Assembly: GCA_025937235.1 (NCBI GenBank)
Contig: JAICRU010000002.1
Span: forward strand, 6,304 to 70,303
Direction: 5' to 3'
DNA from: Acidimicrobiia bacterium
GTDB lineage: Bacteria > Actinomycetota > Acidimicrobiia > Spongiisociales > ZC4RG35
DNA length: 64,000 nucleotides
Shown here: piece by piece, positions 11,671-19,307 of the stretch
Position numbering within the stretch: position 1 is the stretch's first letter
Layout of the letters: each line of letters begins with the position of its first letter
The notes under the pieces: model-generated
The model's database searches: none
Seen by the model: the letters and a program-made list of their open reading frames with translations, nothing else
Told to the model about the DNA's origin: nothing
Position numbers and translations under genes: made by a program

Positions 11671-13230
11671 TCACGACGAGAGGAGCTCCGAGACGTCGGA
11701 GGGAGCAACCTCGAGGACCCGCGGCGCCGGGCCTTCCGTCCCGGCGTACTTGAACATGCGAGGCTCGAGCTCTTCGAGATGTCTTGTGGCGAGACAGGAG
11801 AGGACTCGCCGGAAGATGTTCGGCAGGATCACTGTCTCCCCAACCGAGCACTCTGCCCCGTCGCGGACGGCAAGAAACACATTGAACCTCTCCGCCAAGT
11901 CCGCACGAGACCAGGTCCCCGGGTCACGGACCAGCTGGTTGCGTTGGTCGGTCCCGTGATCGCCAACGACAATCATCACGTCGTCAGGCTGGATCCTGCG
12001 ACTCAGATCGACGATGAACCGGTCCACGCACTCTGTCTGCTTCAGATATGCAGTTCTACGTCGCAGTGGGTCGTCGCCGGGTCTGGCGAATTGGACGCCG
12101 CTGTGCTCTTCGCCGAATCGCGTCCGACAGCTGTCGTCGAGGAAAAATGGCGGGTGTGGCGCCATGACATGCGCGAACACGAAGTTGGGCTGTGAGTCCA
12201 GGGACAACGACGGGCCGTTCGCATCGAGCCAGCTCATCGTGTGCTGGGCCCCCACCGTGAACGCATACCCCAACGACCGCAGGACCGATTGGCCTGCGAC
12301 CGATCTTTCGGCAATGGAGAACATCGCTTCGTCCATGATTGGAGACGCGATACAGGTGTCGACTTCCGGGCCGCAGCGTGACCCGCTCCATCCAGACTCG
12401 ACCATGACAAGCTCATAGCCCTCGGCTGCAAGTACGGAGCTCACCGAATTCGAGCCCCCGATCATGTCTGAGAGACGCCTCTCGGTCATCGGCGTGACAT
12501 CGCTGCCTGGTTCGAGTGGGTAGGACATGTCGAGCAGGCTCGGCAAGGAGGAACGTGTTGCCGGGTAGGCGCTCCACGCCGACGACGGAACTTCGAACCC
12601 GAGCTCCTCGAGGTCTTGAACGGCCGTTGACCGATCTAGGCCGAACTCGGATTCGAGGGTGAGGTTCCCTGCGTAGCCATCGAGCACCACCACGAAGATG
12701 TCGGGCCTCTCCGACAACCCGACTAGCGGAACCTGGTGTTCCACCACCGAGTTATCGCCACGATCGGCGAGCTCTCGCACAAGGGCGATTGTCGGCCCTG
12801 AGATGAGAAAGGCAGCCAAGGACATCATGACGATCCTCAACACGGCATGGCTCTCGAGACGTGATATCAGGAACACGATCGTCCCAGCCAGGCCCAGCAA
12901 CAGAGCCCACCCGACCGGCCCGCCAAGGTTGGTCAGTAGAGGACCGGACGTCATCGTAAGGATGGTGGCAATGAAGACCGAGAACACGGCCGTTGTCGAG
13001 CGAACACCAAGGCGAACGAAAATCGTGACGACCACCGAACACGAGAGCCAGAGCAGCCCCACAAGAGTCAGGATCCTCTCCGGGTGCCCGATGTCGAAAG
13101 GGTTGTTGGCCATCACCCCAAACGGAACGAAAGCCACGGCACAACCCAAGAGCGCGATATCGGTCCACCTGACCCTTCCACTTGGCTTCTCCAGGCGACG
13201 GATCTCGGGTTGGCGTTGTGTGATGGTCAT
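11671..13230 (-). CDS. Membrane-anchored sulfatase/alkaline-phosphatase-superfamily enzyme (LtaS or phosphoglycerol/phosphoethanolamine transferase-like)
   Basis: N-terminal block of about 5 TM helices followed by an extracytoplasmic domain. That domain carries metal-site motifs of the sulfatase family (VVVLDGYAG..., VVGDHGT). Confidence 0.55.
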   Translation of the reverse strand: MTITQRQPEIRRLEKPSGRVRWTDIALLGCAVAFVPFGVMANNPFDIGHPERILTLVGLLWLSCSVVVTIFVRLGVRSTTAVFSVFIATILTMTSGPLLTNLGGPVGWALLLGLAGTIVFLISRLESHAVLRIVMMSLAAFLISGPTIALVRELADRGDNSVVEHQVPLVGLSERPDIFVVVLDGYAGNLTLESEFGLDRSTAVQDLEELGFEVPSSAWSAYPATRSSLPSLLDMSYPLEPGSDVTPMTERRLSDMIGGSNSVSSVLAAEGYELVMVESGWSGSRCGPEVDTCIASPIMDEAMFSIAERSVAGQSVLRSLGYAFTVGAQHTMSWLDANGPSLSLDSQPNFVFAHVMAPHPPFFLDDSCRTRFGEEHSGVQFARPGDDPLRRRTAYLKQTECVDRFIVDLSRRIQPDDVMIVVGDHGTDQRNQLVRDPGTWSRADLAERFNVFLAVRDGAECSVGETVILPNIFRRVLSCLATRHLEELEPRMFKYAGTEGPAPRVLEVAPSDVSELLSS

Positions 13231-13296
13231 GCTTCTCGACGTCTTGGTTCATGCAGGGCGATGCGAATGCATTGCACAGCGGCGTGGGTGACTCGA

Positions 13297-15333
13297 TCAG
13301 CCCGCCTCGGCCACCTCGCGTAGCTCGCGCCTGAGCTCGTTGACTTCGTCGCGGAGTCGCGCCGCGTATTCAAAACGGAGCTCCTTGGCAGCCTCATGCA
13401 TCTCGTCCTCGAGGCTCATGATGAGCCTGGTCAAGTCGTCACCCTCGAGGTCGATCGGCCGCCTCGGCTCGACCTCCCGTCTTCTTCTATCGCCCTTGGG
13501 AGCCTCGGTCTGAACCAATTCCAGGATGTCGGATACACGTTTTCTCACGGTCTGAGGGTCGATGCCGTGGTCCTCGTTCCAGCGAGTCTGAGCCCGTCGC
13601 CGGCGGTTGGTCTCGTTGATCGCCCGCTTCATGGAATCGGTCACGTCGTCGGCGTACATCACTACCTGACCATCGACGTTCCGGGCCGCCCTCCCGATGA
13701 TCTGGATCAGTGAGGTCTCGGACCGGAGAAATCCCTCCTTGTCGGCGTCGAGTATGGCCACCAGGGACACCTCGGGCAGGTCGAGGCCTTCCCGGAGCAA
13801 GTTGATGCCCACCAAGACGTCGAAATCGCCGAGACGGAGCTCGCGCATGATCTGCACTCGCTCCAGGGTGTCGATCTCGGAGTGCATGTACCTTGCCCTG
13901 ACCCCCATCTCGAGCAGATAGTCGGTCAGGTCCTCGGCCATCTTCTTGGTGAGAGTCGTGACCAGCACCCGCTGCTCCCGCAGGGCACGTTCCCGGATCT
14001 CATGGAGCAAGTCGTCGATCTGACCCTTGGTGGGACGGATCATCACTTCCGGGTCGACCAGACCGGTCGGGCGGATTATCTGCTCGACGACCTGAGTCGA
14101 GTGAGAGATCTCGAAGTCGGAAGGTGTGGCGGAGAGGAACACCACCTGGTTCGCCTTCTCCAACCATTCGTCGAAGCGGAGCGGCCGGTTGTCCTTCGCC
14201 GAGGGAAGTCTGAACCCATGCTCGACGAGGACTTCTTTCCGGGAATGATCTCCCTCGTATTGTCCGCCGATCTGAGGGACGGTGACATGGGACTCGTCGA
14301 CGATGGTCAGGTAGTTCTTGGGGAAGTAGTCGAGCAGGGTGTAGGGGGCCTCGCCTTCTGACCGCCCATCCAAATATCGAGAGTAGTTCTCGATGCCGGA
14401 GCAGAACCCGACTTCACGCATCATCTCCAGGTCGTAATTGGTGCGCATTCGAAGCCGTTGCGCTTCGAGCATCTTGCCCTTTCCCTCCAGTTCGGCGAGA
14501 CGCTGCACGAGCTCGATCTCGATGCCTGCTATTGCCTTCTTCATCCGCTCCCGCTCGGTCACATAGTGGGTGGCGGGGAAGACGAACAGCTCGGAAAGCT
14601 CGTCGACCACCTCTCCCGTGACCGGGTTGAGCCTGATTATCCGCTCTACCTCGTCTCCCCAGAACTGGATCCTGACGATGGTCTCCTCGTAGGAGGGGAA
14701 CACCTCGAGGGTGTCACCCCTGACCCGGAACTTGCCCCGGATCAGGTTGACCTCGTTGCGCTCGTACTGGATGTCGACAAGACGCTGTATGGCGTCCTTC
14801 ATCGGGTACTCCACCCCCTGGACGAGGCGGAGCAGCTGGCCCATGTACTGCTCGGGGGATCCGAGGCCATAGATGGCCGACACCGAAGCGACGATGATCA
14901 CGTCATCTCGCACCAGGAGACCGGCGGTGGCCGAGTGCCGGAGCCTGTCGATCTCGTCGTTGATCGTGGCGTCCTTCTCGATGTAGGTGTCGGTCTGAGG
15001 GATGTAGGCCTCGGGTTGGTAGTAGTCGTAGTAGGAGACGAAATACTCCACCCGGTTGGTGGGGAAGAGCTGACGGAACTCGTTGGCCAGTTGGGCGGCC
15101 AACGCCTTGTTGGGGGCGAGCACCAACGTCGGGCGTTGCACCTGTTCGATGGTCCAGGCGATTGTGGCCGATTTCCCGGAGCCGGTTATCCCCAGCAGAG
15201 TCTGGAAGCGGTCCCCCCGCTCGATCCCGGCGGCCAGGGCAGCAATGGCTTCGGGCTGGTCGCCGGCAGGGGCGAAGTCGGACACGATCTTGAACTCGGG
15301 CACCGAATGGAGGGTACCGGCAGGAGGTGACAA
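13297..15333 (-). CDS. uvrB: Excinuclease ABC subunit B
   Basis: 678 aa with helicase motifs (GITGSGKS), the beta-hairpin region and a C-terminal UvrC-interaction coiled coil. Confidence 0.95.
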   Translation of the reverse strand: MSPPAGTLHSVPEFKIVSDFAPAGDQPEAIAALAAGIERGDRFQTLLGITGSGKSATIAWTIEQVQRPTLVLAPNKALAAQLANEFRQLFPTNRVEYFVSYYDYYQPEAYIPQTDTYIEKDATINDEIDRLRHSATAGLLVRDDVIIVASVSAIYGLGSPEQYMGQLLRLVQGVEYPMKDAIQRLVDIQYERNEVNLIRGKFRVRGDTLEVFPSYEETIVRIQFWGDEVERIIRLNPVTGEVVDELSELFVFPATHYVTERERMKKAIAGIEIELVQRLAELEGKGKMLEAQRLRMRTNYDLEMMREVGFCSGIENYSRYLDGRSEGEAPYTLLDYFPKNYLTIVDESHVTVPQIGGQYEGDHSRKEVLVEHGFRLPSAKDNRPLRFDEWLEKANQVVFLSATPSDFEISHSTQVVEQIIRPTGLVDPEVMIRPTKGQIDDLLHEIRERALREQRVLVTTLTKKMAEDLTDYLLEMGVRARYMHSEIDTLERVQIMRELRLGDFDVLVGINLLREGLDLPEVSLVAILDADKEGFLRSETSLIQIIGRAARNVDGQVVMYADDVTDSMKRAINETNRRRRAQTRWNEDHGIDPQTVRKRVSDILELVQTEAPKGDRRRREVEPRRPIDLEGDDLTRLIMSLEDEMHEAAKELRFEYAARLRDEVNELRRELREVAEAG

Positions 15334-15343
15334 GAACTGTCCG

Positions 15344-15943
15344 CTATTCAGGCCTTGTCAGATACCCAACCAGTCGGCGGACCGTCGCTTCCAGCCCTTC
15401 CAGGTCGCCGTGGTTGGGCACGACCAGGGCGGCTCCCGCCAGCCACCGTGCCCGGGAGGGCTGGGCGGCCATTCGCTCCCTGACCTCCGCCTCCAACATC
15501 CCCCGTTTCATCGCCCGTCGCACCCGGACGTCGTCCCGAGCATCGACCACGATGCGCGGCCAGCCCAGCCCTGGATCGACCAGGGGCATCTCCACCGCTG
15601 CCACTCCATCAAATCCCTCCAATTCGGCTTCGATTCGGCCGAATATCAACGGATGAGTGATCTCTTCCAGGGCTCGGAGCTCGTCAGGGTTGGCGAACAC
15701 GATCCGGGCGAGCGTCTTGCGGTCTATCTCGCCTTCGAAGACGACCCCCGGCCATCTGGCGGCGACCGGGGCCAGGGCTTCATCGGCCAAGACGGCGTGG
15801 CCAACGGCATCGGCGTCGATGGTGCGAAGGCCGTGCGTCGCCAATAGACGGCGCACCTCGCTCTTTCCCGAACCGATCCCACCCGTGATCAGCCAACGTC
15901 CATCCGGAGAACTCACCGCTGCCGACGGTAGCCTTCGGAGCAT
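15344..15943 (-). CDS. coaE: Dephospho-CoA kinase
   Basis: P-loop [14 protein letters not shown] and the rest of the CoaE fold. The conserved coaE-uvrB adjacency is kept (11-nt gap). Start is ambiguous between ATG 15943 and an in-frame GTG 33 nt downstream. The ORF-track start at 16063 is an artefactual extension. Confidence 0.75.
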   Translation of the reverse strand: MLRRLPSAAVSSPDGRWLITGGIGSGKSEVRRLLATHGLRTIDADAVGHAVLADEALAPVAARWPGVVFEGEIDRKTLARIVFANPDELRALEEITHPLIFGRIEAELEGFDGVAAVEMPLVDPGLGWPRIVVDARDDVRVRRAMKRGMLEAEVRERMAAQPSRARWLAGAALVVPNHGDLEGLEATVRRLVGYLTRPE

Positions 15944-17453
15944 GACGGTCGCCGTTCCGGCTCCGTGGGAATTCCGCCTCCATCGCAGCGTCACTATCGG
16001 GCAGTTCGTGGTGCTCATCCTGGCGGTGGTCATCGATCTGCTGGCGAGCGGAGGCCAGCCCAACCGTGACTCTCTGTTGGCGATCGCCGTCGCGACCTTC
16101 TATGTGCTGGGGAGCGCCGCCGTCCCCGAGAGCTGGTATCGGATTCGTTTCGGGGCGGAGGCGATCACTCTGGTCGGCGCCTTCCTCACCATCACCGCGG
16201 TCACCCTCACCGGTGGGGTGGCCAGCCCCTACATCCTGCTCTCGATGGGCCCATCCATCTTCGCCACCATCTACGGGGGGCTACGCACCGGGCTGACCAC
16301 CGGGCTTCTCTCGATTGCCCTTCTCACCTTGGTCAGCCTTGCCCAAGGACAGCCACTGACCGCAGCCCTGCCCGCCATGGGCCTGTACATCGCCTTCGTG
16401 CTGCTCGTCACCGTGATCCGCCGATTGCTCGAGGATGCCCATCGCCAGGCCGGAGAGCTGGCCGAGGCGACCGAATCCGCCACCCAGAAGCTGGAGAACC
16501 TCGAGGAGATCCACGGCGTGCTGCTCCGTCTCTCGGAAGACATCTCGGCCGGCCGTCTCAATGCGGTGGAAGTGGCTGCCGACACCCTCGAGGCGATCCT
16601 GGCCCGGAGCCCGGGCTCATCGGGGCGTCTGGTGCTGAACGAAGCAGAAGGGCCCGTGATTCTCGCCTCGCGGGGTGTCCCTCCTCCGGAGCCTCATCCC
16701 TACAAGGTTCCACTCTCCACCGTCGACAGCACGGTCGGCACCCTCGAGTTGCTCACGCCTGAACCTCTCTCCAAGCCCGACCTGATCGATATCGAAGCCT
16801 TCGTGCAGCCGGTCAGCATCGCGTTCGCCAACCTGCAGCTCCTCCAGAACATCGTCGGGTCGGCGGTGGCAGAGGAAAGGATCAGACTGGCCCGGGAGAT
16901 GCACGACGACATCGGACCTTCTCTCGCCTCCTTGGGTCTTGCCCTCGACATGGCCGCGATGCAGCAAGCCCATCACCCTGAGCTGTCGGCAGATCTGAAG
17001 GTGCTTCGCACCAATGTCACCAAGCTCGTCGAAGATGTGCGCGCCTCGGTGGCCGATCTCCGGATCGCTCCGGGGCCCACCCTGACGGCCAGGCTGCTCC
17101 AGTCCACGGCCGGGCTCGATGGCGGCCCCCAGGTCGTGGTGGACCTCGAGGAGCGACGACCGCCACGGCCGGCTGTCATCGCCGACCTGACCTCGATCAT
17201 CACCGAAGCGACCAGGAACGCTCACAACCATTCTGGGGGCTCTCAAATACTGGTCTCGGGTCGCATCGACCGCAGCCGCGGGGTCTGCTCAGTGATCGAC
17301 GATGGCGCCGGCTTCGATCCCACATATGAGCCGGACGGTCATTTCGGCCTCATAGGCATGCGGGAACGTGCCGAGAAGATAGGGGCGAAGATCAGTTTTC
17401 AACCGACACCCGGAGGAGGCACCACCGTGAGAGTTGAATGGGGTAACCGATGA
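15942..17453 (+). CDS. Sensor histidine kinase, NarL/LuxR-partner type (HisKA_3 + HATPase_c)
   Basis: Multi-TM N-terminus, a GAF-like middle region, an H-box (REMHDDIGPSLASL) and N/G-box ATPase motifs. Start is the internal ATG at 15942. The ORF-track start at 15657 runs antisense through coaE. The stop overlaps the response-regulator start as ATGA. Confidence 0.8.
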   Translation: MTVAVPAPWEFRLHRSVTIGQFVVLILAVVIDLLASGGQPNRDSLLAIAVATFYVLGSAAVPESWYRIRFGAEAITLVGAFLTITAVTLTGGVASPYILLSMGPSIFATIYGGLRTGLTTGLLSIALLTLVSLAQGQPLTAALPAMGLYIAFVLLVTVIRRLLEDAHRQAGELAEATESATQKLENLEEIHGVLLRLSEDISAGRLNAVEVAADTLEAILARSPGSSGRLVLNEAEGPVILASRGVPPPEPHPYKVPLSTVDSTVGTLELLTPEPLSKPDLIDIEAFVQPVSIAFANLQLLQNIVGSAVAEERIRLAREMHDDIGPSLASLGLALDMAAMQQAHHPELSADLKVLRTNVTKLVEDVRASVADLRIAPGPTLTARLLQSTAGLDGGPQVVVDLEERRPPRPAVIADLTSIITEATRNAHNHSGGSQILVSGRIDRSRGVCSVIDDGAGFDPTYEPDGHFGLIGMRERAEKIGAKISFQPTPGGGTTVRVEWGNR

Positions 17454-18088
17454 TTCGCGTCATGATCGCCGATGATCACCAGCTGTTCGCAGAGGGGTTG
17501 AGCCAGGCGCTGGACATCCTCCCCGACACCCGTGTCGTGGGTGTCGTGGAGTCCGGTCCGGCCCTCGAGGCGGCACTGGAGACCCAACCGGCCGAGGTGT
17601 CGATCGTGGACATCGAGATGCCCGGCGGTGACGGGATCGACACCATCTCCGGACTGGGACGGAGGACCAACGCCATCGTCGTGTCGATGCATGCCAACGA
17701 AGAGCAAAAGGAGCGCGCTTTCAGGGCCGGCGCCAAGGGCTTCTTCTCCAAGGGGGTGCCGCTCTTGACCCTGGCGGCCGCGGTGCGAGCGGTGGCGGAC
17801 GGTCAGGACCTGATATCGCTCGATGAGACAACTCGAGATGAGCTGCTCGAGCACTACGGGCAGGCCCGTCTCGATCCGGGTGCGGCCTCGCTCACCGAGC
17901 GAGAGAAGGAGATCCTGCAGCTGCTCGCCGTCGGTGTCTCTGCCACAGATGAGCTGGCTGACCGTCTCTACATCTCGCAGAAGACGGTCAAGAACCACCT
18001 CGCTTCCATCTTCCAGAAACTGGCCGTGAGCGACCGGACCCAGGCCGCCATCGAAGCAATCCGACTTGGGATAGCCCGGCCCAACTAG
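17450..18088 (+). CDS. NarL/LuxR-family response regulator (receiver + HTH)
   Basis: Receiver domain (MIRVMIADDHQLF...D...K) and a C-terminal LuxR HTH (LTEREKEILQLLAVGVSATDELADRLYISQKTVKNHL). Confidence 0.9.
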   Translation: MIRVMIADDHQLFAEGLSQALDILPDTRVVGVVESGPALEAALETQPAEVSIVDIEMPGGDGIDTISGLGRRTNAIVVSMHANEEQKERAFRAGAKGFFSKGVPLLTLAAAVRAVADGQDLISLDETTRDELLEHYGQARLDPGAASLTEREKEILQLLAVGVSATDELADRLYISQKTVKNHLASIFQKLAVSDRTQAAIEAIRLGIARPN

Positions 18089-18165
18089 TCACATGTTGCC
18101 AGGGTTATCGAAACGATTTTGGGCCTTGAGGCCCATCATCGAATTCCACGATAGGACTTACTCTG

Positions 18166-18366
18166 ATGCGGGTGAGCAAGGGAGTTGAAGTGTACGCCAG
18201 GGTTATTAGGTACCTCGGCGACGAGAAGGGTGCTTCTCTCGTCGAATACTCGCTCCTCGTGATCCTCATAGCCATCGCGGCCTTGACCGCCGTGGCTTAC
18301 TTCGGCGGTGAGCTGAGCAGCACATACTCAGACATCAATTCGAATCTGGTGGACGCGGGGCCGTAG
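18166..18366 (+). CDS. flp: Flp-family type IVb pilin (divergent paralogue 1)
   Basis: Flp prepilin motif G/ASLVEYSLLVILIAIAAL, read as the prepilin-peptidase cleavage site plus a hydrophobic helix. An alternative in-frame GTG start at 18190 has a better RBS (AAGGGAG) and gives a 16-aa leader. Confidence 0.7.
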   Translation: MRVSKGVEVYARVIRYLGDEKGASLVEYSLLVILIAIAALTAVAYFGGELSSTYSDINSNLVDAGP

Positions 18367-18376
18367 GGGATAGTTC

Positions 18377-18395
18377 CCGGGACCCATTGTCCCGG
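18377..18395 (+). terminator. Hairpin just downstream of flp-1
   Basis: CCGGGAC-ccatt-GTCCCGG, a 7-bp perfect stem starting 11 nt after the flp-1 stop. No U-tract follows. Confidence 0.3.
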
Positions 18396-18455
18396 TGGTA
18401 GGTAGGGCTACTTTGCCCGATTGCAAGCCAAGGCAACAACCCAAGGAGGGGTTCC

Positions 18456-18629
18456 ATGTTTGCTCTGTGGACTAAGTTCACCAGCTGGATTCAGGAGGAG
18501 AAGGGTGCCTCGATGGTTGAGTACGCCCTGCTCGTCGTCCTGATCGCCATCGTTGCTCTCGTCGCCGTGCAGCTCGCCGGCAATGAGGTCTCCTCGACCT
18601 TCAGCGAGATCGGTTCCGGCCTGGCGTAA
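18456..18629 (+). CDS. flp: Flp-family pilin (paralogue 2); 57 aa, below the ORF-track cut-off
   Basis: ATG 18456 preceded by AAGGAGGGG. Product is MFALWTKFTSWIQEEKGASMVEYALLVVLIAIVALVAVQLAGNEVSSTFSEIGSGLA. Found by manual translation. Confidence 0.75.
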   Translation: MFALWTKFTSWIQEEKGASMVEYALLVVLIAIVALVAVQLAGNEVSSTFSEIGSGLA

Positions 18630-18648
18630 GCGTCAGAGATTGAGTATG

Positions 18649-18682
18649 AGAGGGGGCTCGCACTTCGGTGCGGGCCCCCTCT
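18649..18682 (+). terminator. Strong stem-loop with UUCG tetraloop downstream of flp-2
   Basis: AGAGGGGGCuCGCAC-UUCG-GUGCGgGCCCCCUCU: a roughly 15-bp GC-rich stem capped by a UUCG tetraloop, 20 nt after the flp-2 stop. Confidence 0.45.
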
Positions 18683-18819
18683 CATGTGTGCGACTGCTGC
18701 CTGGAGCACAACGGGATCTGGTCGCGCCGGTCATTTTTCCGATATTCCGACTCAGGTTTTTGACCGAACGGGTCGATATATCGATGCAAGCCAATTTCGT
18801 TGACCCAAGGAGGGGCTTC

Positions 18820-18993
18820 ATGCTTGCTTTGTGGACCAAGGTAGTGAGCTGGGCGAAGGATGAGAAGGGTGCCTCGATGGTTGAGTACGCCCTGCTCGTT
18901 GTCCTGATCGCCATCGTCGCTCTCGTCGCCGTGCAGCTCGCCGGCAATGAGGTCTCCTCGACCTTCAGCGAGATCGGCTCCGGGCTCAGCTGA
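18820..18993 (+). CDS. flp: Flp-family pilin (paralogue 3), near-identical to paralogue 2
   Basis: ATG 18820 preceded by AAGGAGGGG. Product is MLALWTKVVSWAKDEKGASMVEYALLVVLIAIVALVAVQLAGNEVSSTFSEIGSGLS. The ORF track reported it only as the tail of a 146-aa TTG-started ORF. Confidence 0.75.
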   Translation: MLALWTKVVSWAKDEKGASMVEYALLVVLIAIVALVAVQLAGNEVSSTFSEIGSGLS

Positions 18994-19014
18994 GCAACGC
19001 TCAGATCCAACAGT

Positions 19015-19040
19015 GAAGGGACCTCTTCGGGGGTCCCTTC
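19015..19040 (+). terminator. Stem-loop with UUCG tetraloop downstream of flp-3
   Basis: GAAGGGACCuC-UUCG-GgGGUCCCUUC: an 11-bp stem with one G.U pair and a UUCG loop, 22 nt after the flp-3 stop. Confidence 0.4.
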
Positions 19041-19136
19041 TCCTTGGGGCCATAGGCCTAACGACTCATTGCCGCCATCCGAAGGGAATCGTACCTTTGT
19101 GTCCGTAGGACCGGTCGCAGATCAACGGGAGGCATC

Positions 19137-19301
19137 GTGTCACGGTTGTGGACCAGGCGGTTAAGCGAGGAAACGGGCGCCTCCATGGTGGAATACGCCT
19201 TGCTCGTGGTCCTCATCGCCATCATCGCCCTCCTCGCCATCAGGCTTGCCGGTACTCAGGTCTCCGAGGCCTTCAGCGAGATCGGCTCTGGTCTCCAGTG
19301 A
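19137..19301 (+). CDS. flp: Flp-family pilin (paralogue 4), GTG start
   Basis: GTG 19137 preceded by GGGAGG. Product is VSRLWTRRLSEETGASMVEYALLVVLIAIIALLAIRLAGTQVSEAFSEIGSGLQ. There is no upstream in-frame ATG before a TAA at 19059. Confidence 0.65.
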   Translation: MSRLWTRRLSEETGASMVEYALLVVLIAIIALLAIRLAGTQVSEAFSEIGSGLQ

Positions 19302-19307
19302 CCGAGT

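Noticed and set aside
15657-15941. N-terminal 95 codons of the histidine-kinase ORF-track call
   Set aside because: They run antisense through coaE and are low-complexity (S/R/A/T-rich). The kinase most likely starts at the internal ATG 15942 or later.
18121-18134. GGGCCttgaGGCCC hairpin after the response-regulator gene as an intrinsic terminator
   Set aside because: Only a 5-bp stem with no following U-tract. It is more plausibly a regulator-binding palindrome, if it is anything.
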